Made by a program: the position numbers and the translations under genes | Assembly (NCBI RefSeq): GCF_001194135.2 | Contig: NC_069003.1 | Span: forward strand, 11,387,236-11,451,235 | From: Octopus bimaculoides | Lineage: Eukaryota | DNA: 64,000 nucleotides | Direction: 5' to 3' | Shown here: piece after piece, positions 24,371 through 37,713 of the stretch | Position numbering within the stretch: position 1 is the stretch's first letter | Layout: every line of letters begins with the position of its first letter | The notes under the pieces: model-generated | Database searches by the model: none | What the model was told of the DNA's origin: nothing | The model's input: only the letters and a program-made list of their open reading frames with translations

Positions 24371-25203
24371 AATTTAAATAATAAGGGTGAAAAATTGGAT
24401 ATTAATTTGATCAATATCAATTTAAAACCAGTGGCCTAGCAAATTGAAACCACAAAGCCACACCTGAGATAGACTCTCTTTTCATTCTGGTTTAATGATT
24501 TGATCTGAAACAGTCACAACCACAGCAGAACCAATGCAGTCATTCAAAATGGATGTCATATATCCTGTTTATTTATAGTTTAAGAGTTTTATTTTTACCA
24601 GTGAATGTAACTCTATCATGATAGAATTTTGTGTGAATGTATGTGTGCGTTTATGTGCAGGTGTGTGTGTGTGTGTGTGTATGTTTTCATCGTTCATTGT
24701 ATTTCCTGTTTATCTACAAACATACGTTTACATTTAGCATAGACTGGTATACATTTATGCATATACATAGATATATCATATATATATATGAAAGTGTGTA
24801 TATATGTATGTGCATCTGTGTATGTGTGTGTGCTTATATATTCTGTATACACACACACACATATATATATATATATACATAGATACATTTTTTTAAAGCC
24901 TAGTACTTATTCTATTTTTTGCCAAACCGCTAAGTTATGGGAATGTAAACACACCAACATTGGTTATCAAGCAATGATGCGGGGGAAAAATACAGATACA
25001 TAGATATAAATGTGCCACACAGTGTGAGTGAACTCGGAACCCTATGGTTGGGGAGCAAGCTTCTTACCACACAGCTACACCTCTGCCTATATATATATAT
25101 ATANNNNNNNNNNNNNNNNNNNNNNNNNNNNNNNNNNNNNNNNNNNNNNNNNNNNNNNNNNNNNNNNNNNNNNNNNNNNNNNNNNNNNNNNNNNNNNNNN
25201 NNN

Positions 25204-25244
<41 letters not shown>

Positions 25245-26487
25245 AATTAATTATTTGCGGGATTCATTTGAATCAAAGTATTTTAAAGACAAGCGAGGGT
25301 TGAGTTCTGCTCATCAGTGTATATACCATATGCATACATATATTCATATATACTCATGCATATACAGACATATTCATCCACTTACACATACATGTACATG
25401 GACACGCAAATATACACATACTTATAGACATACATGTACATGAAATTATGCACCCATGCACACAGGCATCAAAGGGAAGGTTCCATGTATGGCATTCATA
25501 TAAAATAAGAACACAAATCGGTTAGAGGTTCGCAACAGCTATTTCAGACATGTCTTTTATTGATAGATAACTTGTACTGCCTGACTGGCCTTCGTGCTGG
25601 TGGCATGTAAAAGCACCCACTACACTCTCGGAGTGGTTGGCGTTAGGAAGGGCATCCAGCTGTAGAAACTCTGCCAAATCAGATTGGAGCCTGGTGTAGC
25701 CATCTGGTTCACCAGTCCTCAGTCAAATCGTCCAACCCATGCCAGCATGGAAAGCGGACGTTAAACGATGATGATGATGAATTGATTATTGTTGTTGTTG
25801 GCACTCCGTAACTTACGACATCGAGGGTTCCAGCTGATCCGATCAACGTGAAATTAACGTGCAAGTGGCTGAGCACTCCACAGACACGTGTACCCTTAAC
25901 GTAGTTCTCGGGGATATTTAGCGTGACACAGAGTGTGACAAGGCTGGCCCTTTGAAATACAGGCACAACAGAAACAGGAAGAAAGGGTCAGAGAAAGTTG
26001 TGGTGGAAGAGTACAGCAGGGTTCGCCACCATCCCCTGTCAGAGCCTCGTGGAGCTTTAGGTGTTTTCGCTCAATAAACACTCACAACACCCGGTCTGGG
26101 AATCGAAACTGCGATCCTATGACCACGAGTCCGCTGCCCTANNNNNNNNNNNNNNNNNNNNNNNNNNNNNNNNNNNNNNNNNNNNNNNNNNNNNNNNNNN
26201 NNNNNNNNNNNNNNNNNNNNNNNNNNNNNNNNNNNNNNNNNNNNNNNNNNNNNNNNNNNNNNNNNNNNNNNNNNNNNNNNNNNNNNNNNNNNNNNNNNNN
26301 NNNNNNNNNNNNNNNNNNNNNNNNNNNNNNNNNNNNNNNNNNNNNNNNNNNNNNNNNNNNNNNNNNNNNNNNNNNNNNNNNNNNNNNNNNNNNNNNNNNN
26401 NNNNNNNNNNNNNNNNNNNNNNNNNNNNNNNNNNNNNNNNNNNNNNNNNNNNNNNNNNTATATATATATATATATATTATATAAGAT

Positions 26488-26878
26488 GCAGGAGTGGCTG
26501 TGTGGTAAGTAGCTTGCTTACCAACCACATGGTTCCGGGTTTATTCCCACTGCGTGGCACCTTGGGCAAGTGTCTTCTACTATAGCCTCAGGCCGACCAA
26601 AGCCTTGTGAGTGGATTTGGTAGATGGAAACTGAAAGAAGCCCATCGTATATATGTATATGTATATGTATGCGTGTCTGTGTTTGTCCCCCCAGCATCAC
26701 TTGACAACTGATGCTGGTGTGTTTACGTCCCCGTAACTTAGCGGTTCGGCAAAAGAGACCGATAGAATAAGTACTAGGCTTCCAAAGAATGAGTCCTGGG
26801 GTCGATTTGTTCGACTAAAGGCAGTGCTCCAGCATGGCTGCAGTCAAATGACTGAAACAAGTAAAAGAGAGTAAAGAG
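26488..26878 (+). mobile_element. Full-length tRNA-derived SINE (family A): head with A/B boxes, core, central microsatellite, 3' half, (TAAAAGAG)n tail
   Basis: GGAGTGGCTGTGTGGTAAG..GGTT.ATTCCC..CTTGGGCAAGTG..GAAACTGAAAGAAGCCC. More than 25 whole or half copies occur across the window (e.g. 352, 5585, 8395, 12702, 13765, 18280, 21820, 24895, 27750, 33717, 34720, 45135, 48860, 52770, 59725). Confidence 0.9.
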
Positions 26879-28463
26879 TATAAATGTGTGTGTGCTAGGC
26901 TTCTTTCAGTTTCCATTTACCAAATCCACTCACAAGGCTTTGATCGGCCTGGGGCTATAGTAGAAGACACTTGCCCAAGAGAATCCCAAACTCCTTAACC
27001 TACATCTAAGCCTGATACTGTCCTTTACATCTGCTTCCCTGTTTAAGGCTGTAGAATGTGATCTGAGGGATACCTAGCTATCCATTTCTAGCAGAGTAAG
27101 TGATCACATAGAGCCCCAACCACTACCACCACCACCATTCTTTGTTAACTCGTCAATACGTTTGGTTGTTGTGAGGAATGTAAACAAACCATCATTTAGC
27201 ACACAGGTTCTCAGATTTCAGATCTTCCCTAAACACTGACCCCACTCACTTTTATCCAGTTATTTCTTCTTCCCATTCTCTAAAAGGGTCAACAAATATT
27301 TTTGGCAACTTTTCTTCTTCTTCTTCTCCCTCCACCCCCACATCACACTGAATAAAGAAAATACGACAGAGAATGGCTTCTATGTAGTTGCCTGACCAAC
27401 TGGAAACTAATAACCAAATCTCTGCAGAGTTTTGGGATAGCTGTCCTTCAAAATCCCATATCTAATGGTAAAAGAAAGCCAGTTCTTTTTTTTTTCCCCC
27501 CCTTTCATTTTCCAGTATTCTTGTTTCATACAATGAAAATTAAGATTCTGAAATTTTTTCCTACTCCAAAATTTCAATTATTCTTTTTTTTTTTTTTTTA
27601 CTGTTCTGCATTCTTGTAACCATTTCTTTTCCCACAGGGTATGAGAGTTGGAGGGAGCAGTTGTTCCAAAACTCCCTCAAATCACACCCTACTGTTTTTG
27701 AAGAAAAAAAAAGTGTGCGTACTGGATAATGTATTTCTAAACACAATACTCTTTTACTCTTTTGTTTGTTTCAGTCATTTGACTGCAGCCATGCTGGAGC
27801 ACCGTCTTTAGTCGAGCAAATCGACCCCAGGACTTATTCTTTGTAAGCCTAGTACTTATTCTATCGGNNNNNNNNNNNNNNNNNNNNNNNNNNNNNNNNN
27901 NNNNNNNNNNNNNNNNNNNNNNNNNNNNNNNNNNNNNNNNNNNNNNNNNNNNNNNNNNNNNNNNNNNNNNNNNNNNNNNNNNNNNNNNNNNNNNNNNNNN
28001 NNNNNNNNNNNATATATATATATATATACATATATACGACGGGCTTCTTTCAGTTTCCGTCTACCAAATCCACTCACATGGCTTTGGTCGGCCCAAGGCT
28101 ATAGTAGAAGGCACTTGCCCAAGGTGCCACACCGTGGGACTGAACCCGGAACCATGTGGTTGGTAAGCAAGCTACTTACCACACAGCCACTCCTACGCCT
28201 ATAATGTGTGTGAAAAAAAAAAAAGGACAGTCATGGCTTGAATGCCATTGATAACAGATCCGATCGATCGATCTGGGACGACCAGGGGTTAAATAACAAC
28301 AAACATAAATGATTATTTATAAACTAAGAGCCAAATTTTATCTGAAATCATGTGACAACGTTCATGACCTTCCTCCCACGAAAAGAAAACAACATACAAA
28401 CGTGAATGCCATGTTCGTGTGGAGCGGCAACATGTGTAGAAACGAAAGTACAAGAACCCTTAC

Positions 28464-28658
28464 TTTATCTATACAAAGGCCACCCAATATACTCAAGTTA
28501 CGAAGCAACAAGGTTGGTGATGGGGTGGATTCTATGTCAGCGCTCGCCTCAGTTCCAATGTCACACCAGCCAAATCTCTCGAAACAGACCTCCCCATTGT
28601 CGTCTTTAAAATCAAGATTCCACATGCTCAGTGCTGAATCTAAGAATAAACAATGTCT
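28464..28658 (-). other. Candidate exon with ATG (28625) and 54 codons, MWNLDFKDDNGEVCFERFGWCD...LGGLCIDK
   Basis: Acceptor CTGACTTTATTGCAG| (branch-point-like CTGAC), donor AAA|GTAAGG, phase 0. Only one reading frame is open. No family recognised. Confidence 0.4.
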
Positions 28659-31106
28659 CTGCAATAAAGTCAGGATGGGCATGGATAGAATGCAGCTAGT
28701 TCAGTGCTGTACCAAGTTGAAGCAGAATTGATCGAGGCCAAAACACACGCAAACATACGTGTATGTGTACGTATGTGAGAACGTGTGAGTGAGAGAGAGA
28801 AAGAGAGAGAGAAAAAGAGAAAGAAAAAGAGGGTGGGTGGGTCTTTTTTTATGTTTGTTGAGTTAGGATGAACCGCATGGCTTAACCGAATTAAGGTTGT
28901 AAATATCACCATCGCTCGTAATGAGGGAGATAGTAATGTGGATGCATTCTGGAACAAAGATTTTGGAATTTCGATAAATATTGAACCTTCAGTTTTCGAC
29001 CTCGAACAACGTACGTACACACACAGACACACATACTTACATATACACACCCCTACATCACATACACTCCTATATCACATACATACATACACATCTATAC
29101 CACACGTAGACACGCTTACATACACATGCGTATACATATACACACAGCAACATCACACATAGACACGCACTCACATACACATACAAACACACATACCTAT
29201 GCCACACAGACGCACACACACAAACGTAAAGCATACACCCACACATCTACACACAGAGACACATACATACGTACACACGATACGATCCCATATAGAGTTA
29301 GTAACAAGAGAACCGACGTAATCAAAAGGCAGTTTTTTTTAATCTTTGATATTGAAAGAGAGATAAAACCATGCTTACCCAGGGTCGCCAACAAGTCTTA
29401 ACATTATAATGAAACTAACTTATTCACGCACATACATACAACGTGGTTTACCATTTCTTTCCCTTTCTATCTATATCTGTGTGTGTGTGTATCTTTTTCT
29501 TTCTATCCATTTACTTGTATCTTTATCTCTTTTTTTCTTCTGTGTGTATTTCTATCTGTCTGTCTCTGTCCTCTTTCTATCCATTTATCTCTCTCTCTAT
29601 CTGTCACTTTCTCTATCTATCTCTTTCTATCTATTTATATATTTATTAATCTAAAGTGGATCTTAACGTTGTTCCAGTGGGAATGTGTTTTCTACAGACA
29701 AAGATAAAAACTGTCTCTGTATTTGTGTTCTAACTGGCTCTCCTATTTCTANNNNNNNNNNNNNNNNNNNNNNNNNNNNNNNNNNNNNNNNNNNNNNNNN
29801 NNNNNNNNNNNNNNNNNNNNNNNNNNNNNNNNNNNNNNNNNNNNNNNNNNNNNNNNNNNNNNNNNNNNNNNNNNNNNNNNNNNNNNNNNNNNNNNNNNNN
29901 NNNNNNNNNNNNNNNNNNNNNNNNNNNNNNNNATATATATATATATATATATATACGCTCGCGCGCGGATAGATAGATAGATAGATATATAGATCCATTT
30001 GTCAAATTGTAATGTTTTAGAAGAAATGAAATAGCTAGTAAAGGAGTAGAGCACCACAGAAGCAATCAGACAGACAGATGGATATAGAAATAGAAAGTCA
30101 GAGATATACATGCTCGTAGAAACAGATAAACAGAACGAGGCATCTAGAAATAGGCATATGATCAAAAAGACAGGCACATGTATATATAACAAGCAGAATA
30201 TGAAGAGACTAGCAGTTTGAAAAGATATATTGTGTATGTTAGGTTGCCGTGACTAGATGTATAATAATGTTTCAAGGCAGAGATATTTAATGAAGGGCTC
30301 TACCCGAAATTATATTTGGTTTGGTCACAGAAACCTAACACAGCCTTGGTTTGTTGTTGCTGTTGTTATTATTGTAATTATATAATATTTATTCTTGCTT
30401 TCATACAACAAAAATAGAGACACGAAGCGAGTAAGATAGACCGACAAAAAGGACATGAATCAGAATCGAACGAAACACTTCTTGAGATGAGTCACAGGCA
30501 CTAAATGAAAAGACATGTTGTTAAGAACATAAGTATGTATACACAGCATTTATTGTAACTTGAGAAATGGTAAATAAATCGAAACTATCCACTACTACAA
30601 CTACTACTGCACCACTTACCAGACACGCCACTTTATATCGACCACCAACCAATATTACCACTAACACTAATAATATCAATGCTACTACAACTGTTATTCC
30701 TACATAACTATTAGCAGGGTGGATTGCTTGTGAGATGATGACGGTGGTAATAATAATTATAATAATTGAGACGGCGGTGGTGATGATAATAATGATGATG
30801 AATAGCTGATGCGTAATAATTATAACGCTAATTAACCGTTGTAGATAATGAGAAATGCAAGCAATCTTCAAGAGAAGAATAAATTGTAAAATTACAAGAA
30901 TCAGACATATGCCGGCAATCGACTGGAATTAAAGAACCAAGGCGAAAGAGAAAGAACAACAAAAACAAGTCCAACGGCAAAACAGAGGTTAAACTTGCTT
31001 TCGAAGAAACATTACAATTATATTTAAAACGATTTATTATTTTTTTAAAATCAGTTTGCTTAACGAATAGACAACAAGAACGATAGAGGGGTGAATATGT
31101 ACGTAC

Positions 31107-31250
31107 CTTAGTTTCCCCTGTTGGGATTCGAACTGTAAACCTGTGTTTGTTTACAGTGGAAGAAATGCAATCACAGACCGACCACACAGAAAGAGGAATC
31201 TAAATCAAGCACCAACTGTGACACCGGTCAGGGGAAATAACTCGTTTCCT
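31107..31250 (-). other. Candidate alternative non-coding first exon
   Basis: Donor AAG|GTACGT (intron starts 31106) inside a unique, CpG-retaining region. The 5' boundary is a guess. Confidence 0.25.
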
Positions 31251-31689
31251 CCACTACACTGAAGGCACGTGGTCTAATGGTTAGAGTGTTCGGCTCATGA
31301 TCGGATCGTAATGTCGTGAGTTCAGTTCTTGGACCGTGCAGCATATTATGTCTTTGAGCAAGGCATTTTATTTGAATTTGTTCGGCTGAGGGAAAAAAAA
31401 ATAAGAGTATACCTACACAAGTGTGCCCTCACCGAATTTGTTTCCTCATAAAAAAAAAAAATCTCAATTTTTTTTTTTTTATGAAATTTACTACAATAAC
31501 CTTTCAGATAGTGTAGATTACGATAATGTGGGAACTTAATGTGAAAAAAAATTGGTTGGCGTGCACACATACACACTGACACACATCACGTATATCTATA
31601 AAATAAAACTTAAAGTTTTGAAAAAAATAAATTGTGATGTGTATCAGTTTTTGTGTCGATTCGTCCAACAATTTTATTTATATATTACA

Positions 31690-31995
31690 TTAAATTATGA
31701 CATAATTGCAATCTACACCATCTGAAAGGAATTTGCAGAAAATTTCATTCAAAATTGCCCATTTTTCTAAAAGTTATGAGAAAACAAAATCATTTCATGT
31801 GAATTATCCAATATTCCTCTGACTCACCATCTGCGAAAATTTTTCTCGACAAATTCTGATATAATCATAATTTACATAATCATAATCTATATAATCGTAA
31901 TTTACACTGTCTTAAAGGAGTTTATAGAAAATTTCATTTAAAAAAATTCCTTTTTCTGAAAGTTATAAGGAAACAAAGTTGGTGAGCAGGGAGCA
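31690..31995 (+). mobile_element. Interspersed repeat resembling Helentron-associated (HINE/DINE-1-like) elements
   Basis: AGAAAATTTCATT.AAA..TTTT.C.GAAAGTTAT.AG.AAACAAA occurs twice here and again at 58580-58680; a possibly related end AACAAGAGCACACAGAGAGTGCAAACCTCC lies at 15925-15965 (-). Confidence 0.4.
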
Positions 31996-33466
31996 TAAAC
32001 ATATAGTATATGTTACTAAGTCATACTCATTGGCAAGTGACGGCTGCTCTATCAGAGAATAATCAATAATAAAATATCATATCCCTTGCTTTTTGTTTTT
32101 AGACTCTAACCATCCACTAAAGGGAGTGTTTGTCCACCAATGACAAGGATAATGACAGTTAATTGAAATTTTTCCACTCGGTATATTACATATGTGAAAT
32201 ACTATCGTATATCCCCTTAGCATTTAAACAGCCCATAGTATTCTGTTTTACATTCAAATTGGCAGTGCCCCAGCATGGTTGCAGTCTGGTGAATTAGAAT
32301 TGTTAGCACACTGGGAAAAATACTCAACAATATTTAGTCCTTCTTTACATTCTGAGTTCAAATTCTGCTGAGACTGGCTTTGCTTTTCATCCTTTCAAGG
32401 TCAATAGAATAAATACCAGTTGAGCAATGGGATCAATTTAATTGACTTACTCCTTCCCATAAACTTACTGGCCTTGTGCCAAAATTTAATACCAATAATA
32501 ATACAAATAATAAACATTGCAGAAGCACATCCAATAGGAAGATATGCAACCGTACGATACATGATAATTGCCCCTAGAAATGCAATGTCCTTAACAAACA
32601 ACAGAATTCCATTAATATACACATTGGTACCACCATAAACTTTAAGCATTGATATTTAGCTCACCATAGCTCATTTAATTTTGCTAAACACAATAAGTCT
32701 ACTCACTAGCGAACCGCATGCATAACCAAAAGAATAATAGCATACCATGTAGTATTACTTAGTCTATTATCAATACTGGAATGCTATACTAGGGCAATAA
32801 TGCTTTTTGCAATATATGTTTGAAAGAGTCCATGCAGATCCTAATACATATATATATATATATATATATANNNNNNNNNNNNNNNNNNNNNNNNNNNNNN
32901 NNNNNNNNNNNNNNNNNNNNNNNNNNNNNNNNTATATGTGTGTGTGTGTGCATATGTATCTTAATGTTTATGTTTGTCCCCCACTACCATTTCACAGTTG
33001 GTGTTGGTTTCTTTATGTCCCCCATAACTTAATGGTTTGGCAAAAACAGACTGATAGAATGAGTACCAGGCTTAAGGAAAAGTACCCTTCAAAGAGGTGT
33101 CCCAGCATGGTCACAATCCAATGACTGAAACAAGTAAAAGATAAAAGATATTTTCCTCTAGTTTTAGACCTTAATAAATTTGCCTCTTTTCATCTGTACC
33201 CACTTCTCTAAATCTCCTCCTCCTCATATATATATATTTCTTCACTAAGCATCAGTCCTTTATCCCCCTGAAAACAGAAAAGGTTGGCATTGGCATCAAC
33301 ATTTTGATGCAGGTAACATGCAGGGAACTACACCGACTGTACAACTGTTTTTGAAACAGCTGTAAGGGTAAATCTACACATCTTTTTTCTCCAAGTTCCT
33401 AGTTATTTACTTGAGATAATTTACATTTACCTACCAAAATATGTCATATCAATACAATGGACTTAC

Positions 33467-33520
33467 CATGTGCCTCTTGTTATGAACTTCCCATGATGGA
33501 ACTTTTACTGATCCTGCTAG
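33467..33520 (-). other. Candidate short exon ending in ATG at a perfect donor site
   Basis: Minus strand reads CACATG|GTAAGT (intron starts 33466). The acceptor is weak and the 5' boundary is uncertain. Confidence 0.3.
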
Positions 33521-33685
33521 TTATACTTCTTTATGTAATTGTTTTTCTCTATTTGTTCCTTAATCATAATCTGACTTTATACTGTTGTTTGCCTACCTGT
33601 CCTTTCGTTCTATTATATATGCATACATACTTATATATAGACATACATATACATACATATGTATGTGTATATATAAGTTTGAACT

Positions 33686-33718
<33 letters not shown>

Positions 33719-35027
33719 TCTTTTACTCTTTTACTTGTTTCAGTCATTTGACTGCGGCCATGCTGGAGCACCGCCTTTAGTCGAGCAAATCGACCCCAGG
33801 ACTTATTCTTTGTTAGCCTAGTACTTATTCTATCGGTCTCTTTTGCCGAACCGCTAAGTTACGGGGNNNNNNNNNNNNNNNNNNNNNNNNNNNNNNNNNN
33901 NNNNNNNNNNNNNNNNNNNNNNNNNNNNNNNNNNNNNNNNNNNNNNNNNNNNNNNNNNNNNNNNNNNNNNNNNNNNNNNNNNNNNNNNNNNNNNNNNNNN
34001 NNNNNNNNNNNNNNNNNNNNNNNNNNNNNNNNNNNNNNNNNNNNNNNNNNNNNNNNNNNNNNNNNNNNNNNNNNNNNNNNNNNNNNNNNNNNNNNNNNNN
34101 NNNNNNNNNNNNNNNNNNNNNNNNNNNNNNNNNNNNNNNNNNNNNNNNNNNNNNNNNNNNNNNNNNNNNNNNNNNNNNNNNNNNNNNNNNNNNNNNNNNN
34201 NNNNNNNNNNNNNNNNNNNNNNNNNNNNNNNNNNNNNNNNNNNNNNNNNNNNNNNNNNNNNNNNNNNNNNNNNNNNNNNNNNNNNNNNNNNNNNNNNNNN
34301 NNNNNNNNNNNNNNNNNNNNNNNNNNNNNNNNNNNNNNNNNNNNNNNNNNNNNNNNNNNNNNNNNNNNNNNNNNNNNNNNNNNNNNNNNNNNNNNNNNNN
34401 NNNNNNNNNNNNNNNNNNNNNNNNNNNNNNNNNNNNNNNNNNNNNNNNNNNNNNNNNNATATATTATTCAAAAGAATTCCAACTCTGTCTGTTTTTTTAT
34501 GTTTTATTTATATTCTTATAAAATTAATGTGGGATATAGAATATGGAATAAATAGTATATATAGTAAAATGAAATGAAGTATTGAATGTCTTATTGAATA
34601 AATGAAATATTGAATATTAAATATTAAATATTGAAGGACTAGTATATTTTCCTACTTTATAGCAGTCTTCAAGGTCCCATGTATATACATATATATATAT
34701 ATATATATATACCAAGTGTTTCTTCCAGTTTCCATCTACCAAATCCTCTCACAAGGCTTTGGTCAGCCCAAGATTATAGTAAAAGGTACTTGCCCAAGGT
34801 GCCATCCAGTGAGATTGAACCCAGAACCATGTGATTGGGAAGCAAGCTTCTTCCCACACAGCCATGCCTGGATCCTATTGAATCAAGGTATTCAAATAGC
34901 AAAGGCACTGCACCAAGGTAGAATCGGGGATAGCACACCTGTGTGCTAACAAATGTGTATGGACATATATGTACTTACTTAAGTAAAGACTGTGGTGTAT
35001 GCATGCGAGTAGATGTAATCGCCTTAC

Positions 35028-35275
35028 CTCGGTTTTCCTTTCGTCGACTGCGAGTCTGTCTTGTGGTATCCGATCCTCAAAGCTTGCCCCGACCCGAAGA
35101 ACACTAGGAATAGCAGCTGCTTCTCCCAAACCTAGGCCCTCGCTTGGCAGTCCTCTCCTGACCACGACCCCGTTCGAAAAGGGCACGAAATCCCGATCGA
35201 GGCTCCCTCTGCCCTTCTTCCTCTTCCGGTTAACTTGCCCTTCCGGTCAGCTCCCCAGTCACTGACGTCATACCA
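35028..35275 (-). promoter_or_regulatory. CpG-island promoter and probable non-coding first exon of an unidentified minus-strand gene
   Basis: Local GC/CpG island; CRE palindrome TGACGTCA 35263-35270; ETS-like CTTCCGG at 35223 and 35240; splice donor GAG|GTAAGG with the intron starting at 35027. Confidence 0.65.
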
Positions 35276-35464
35276 CAAAGACACACTCATCACTCCAATT
35301 ATGCACACATTCACAAGTATTGACTGAATACACAATGTGCCTGCAAAGTCACACAGGGGTACACTCATGGCACATATCCCACAGTTGACTATAGGCTCCA
35401 AATCCAATGCAGGGCAGGTTCTGAGTGAGGTGAAGAATAAACAATAAGACAGATGGGTTGAGAT

Positions 35465-35724
35465 TCACTACAGCTGTTTTAGACACGTTCTTTGTTTATG
35501 AAGAAAAATGTAAAATCATGCAAAAAAAAAAATAGTTTTCTTCAGGTGAATTAAGAGTAAAATTTAACACTTAGGATTCTTCATAAAAATAAAACGTAAT
35601 GCAAGTTGACTCTCTCATCAAAGAGTTCAATTTTACTCTTAATTCATCCAAAGAAAATGTTTTGTATGCTTGATATAACATGTTTGTTCATCAATAAAGA
35701 ACAGGCCTGAAACAGCTGTAGTGA
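35465..35724. mobile_element. 260-bp foldback/MITE-like element with arms of about 105 bp
   Basis: TCACTACAGCTGTTT...GAATTAAGAGTAAAATT is the inverse of AATTTTACTCTTAATTC...GAAACAGCTGTAGTGA. Confidence 0.75.
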
Positions 35725-35874
35725 GCCTCAAACCATCTGTGTTATTGTTGATGTATATGTATATGTATGTATGTATGCATGTATGTATGCATGTATGTAT
35801 GTATGTATATACACACACATATGTGTGTTTATATATATAAATATATATATGTACATACACACACATATCTGTGT

Positions 35875-35912
<38 letters not shown>

Positions 35913-36279
35913 CTGAATAAATACATATATTTCTGTAGAGCTTCTCACTATGAAATTTCACTCAGAAGGTTGGCATGAGGTTATACACGTAGACAACACC
36001 TGTGCCATGTGGCACAACAGACATGCCACACGGTGGGACAGAATTCTGAAACCATGTGACTGTAAAACAAACTTCTCAATTTAAACAGCCACACCTGTAT
36101 TTATACCTGGTTCAAAAAAATCAATAAGTTTTATTTCTATGCCAAGTATCTCCTTGATCAATCAATAATTTATCTGTGTATACTGTCTGTTTAGTATATT
36201 GTATTTTCATAAGGCAGCAAGCTGGTAGAATCATTGCATGCCAGATAAAATGCTTAGTGGCATTTAGTCCACATTTACA

Positions 36280-36312
<33 letters not shown>

Positions 36313-36805
36313 GTTTAACATCCGCTTTCCATGCTAGCATGGGTTGGACGATTTGACTGAGGACTGGTGAAACCAGATGGCTACACCAACCTCCAATCTG
36401 ATTTGGCAGAGTTTCTACAGCTGGATGCCCTTCCTAACGCCAACCACTCAGAGAGTGTAGTGGGTGCTTTTACGTGTCACCCGCACGAAGGCCAGTCAGG
36501 TGGTACTGGCAACGGCCACGCTCAAAATGGTGTATTTTATGTGCCACCCGCACAAGAGCCAGTCCAGGGGCACTGGCAACGATCTCGCTCGAAAATCCTA
36601 CGAAGGCCAGTCAGGCGGTACTGGCAACGGCCACGCTCACACTCTGAGTTTAAATTCCATCAAGGTCAACTTTACCTTTCATCCTTTTGGAGTAAATAAA
36701 ATAAGATTCATTTGAATATTGGGGTCGATTTAATTGACTTACTCCTCGCCTCACTAAAATTGCTGGCATTGTGCCAAAATTTGAAACTAACATATTGTAT
36801 TTTCA

Positions 36806-37260
36806 AGGAAATTGAAAGTGAGGTTGTTTCTGGCAACAGTGGAGCCTGTTCTTCTATACAGGGTTGAAACATGGATGTTTACTAAAGCATTGAAGAAGCA
36901 GTTGGGTGGTTGTTATTTGAGGATGCTTAGAATGGCACTCAGTGTCTCCTGGAAGAGTCATACAACAAACGCCAACTTATACCAGGGACTACCATAAGTA
37001 ACATTGAAGATAAAGTATAGAAGGATGAGGCTAGCTGGACACTGCATCAGACACACCGATGAAATTGTTAACAAACTAGTGTTCTGGCAACCAACAGAAG
37101 GAAGAACCAAGAGAGGAAGGAGGAAGACGACCTATATCGACAACTTGCTGGAGGATTCTGGTATGGAAGGGGTACAGGAGCTGAGAACCATTATGGAAGA
37201 TCGAGATGAATGGGGGGAAATGTGTGGAAACAGTCTTGGGGCGTCCTGAGGGATGGCCTA
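36806..37260 (+). mobile_element. RTE-clade LINE, RT C-terminal remnant
   Basis: KVRLFLATVEPVLLYRVETW..RMLRMALSVSWK..RRMRLAGHCIRH..LVFWQP.EG..KRGRRKTTYIDNL. Confidence 0.85.
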
Positions 37261-37492
37261 GATAGATGTATTTTCATTATTTCATTCACTAGAGGCCCCC
37301 AGTTCAATCCTAGGCACCCTCTTATTAGTTGAGAGCAGTTGAGTGGCAGAATCATTAGAGCAGCAGACGAAATATCTTGCAGTATTTGTTCCAAATCTTT
37401 ACATTCTGAGTTCAAATCCTGCTAAGGTCAACTTTACTTTACAACCTTCCTTGATTAGTAAAATAAAGTACCAGCTGGATACTGGGATCGGT

Positions 37493-37713
37493 TTAACTCT
37501 TTAGATTTCTCTGCCAAATGTAATGCCTATTTATTCACATTGTTTTGAATTAATCATGCATTATTTCGTAGCTTTGAGATTTCAATGGTGTAATTGCTTA
37601 TTTTTAGTATGACATTGTAGGGTAGGTGTGATAGGTCAGAGCTGGCCAGTTTGAATGTAAAACAGATAGAATATTCTGGCTGGATATGGCTGATTTAAAT
37701 GCTAAAGGGTTGA
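37493..37713. mobile_element. piggyBac-type MITE copy
   Basis: TTAACTCTTTAG ... AATGCTAAAGGGTTGA. Confidence 0.7.

Noticed and set aside
31265-31390. tRNA-like sequences here and at SINE heads (10049, 26488, 52370-52444)
   Set aside because: They lack a complete acceptor stem and run into SINE bodies, so they are not tRNA genes.
2077-34471. Long ORFs rich in X or in YI/HT/CV dipeptides
   Set aside because: Artefacts of N gaps and dinucleotide repeats.
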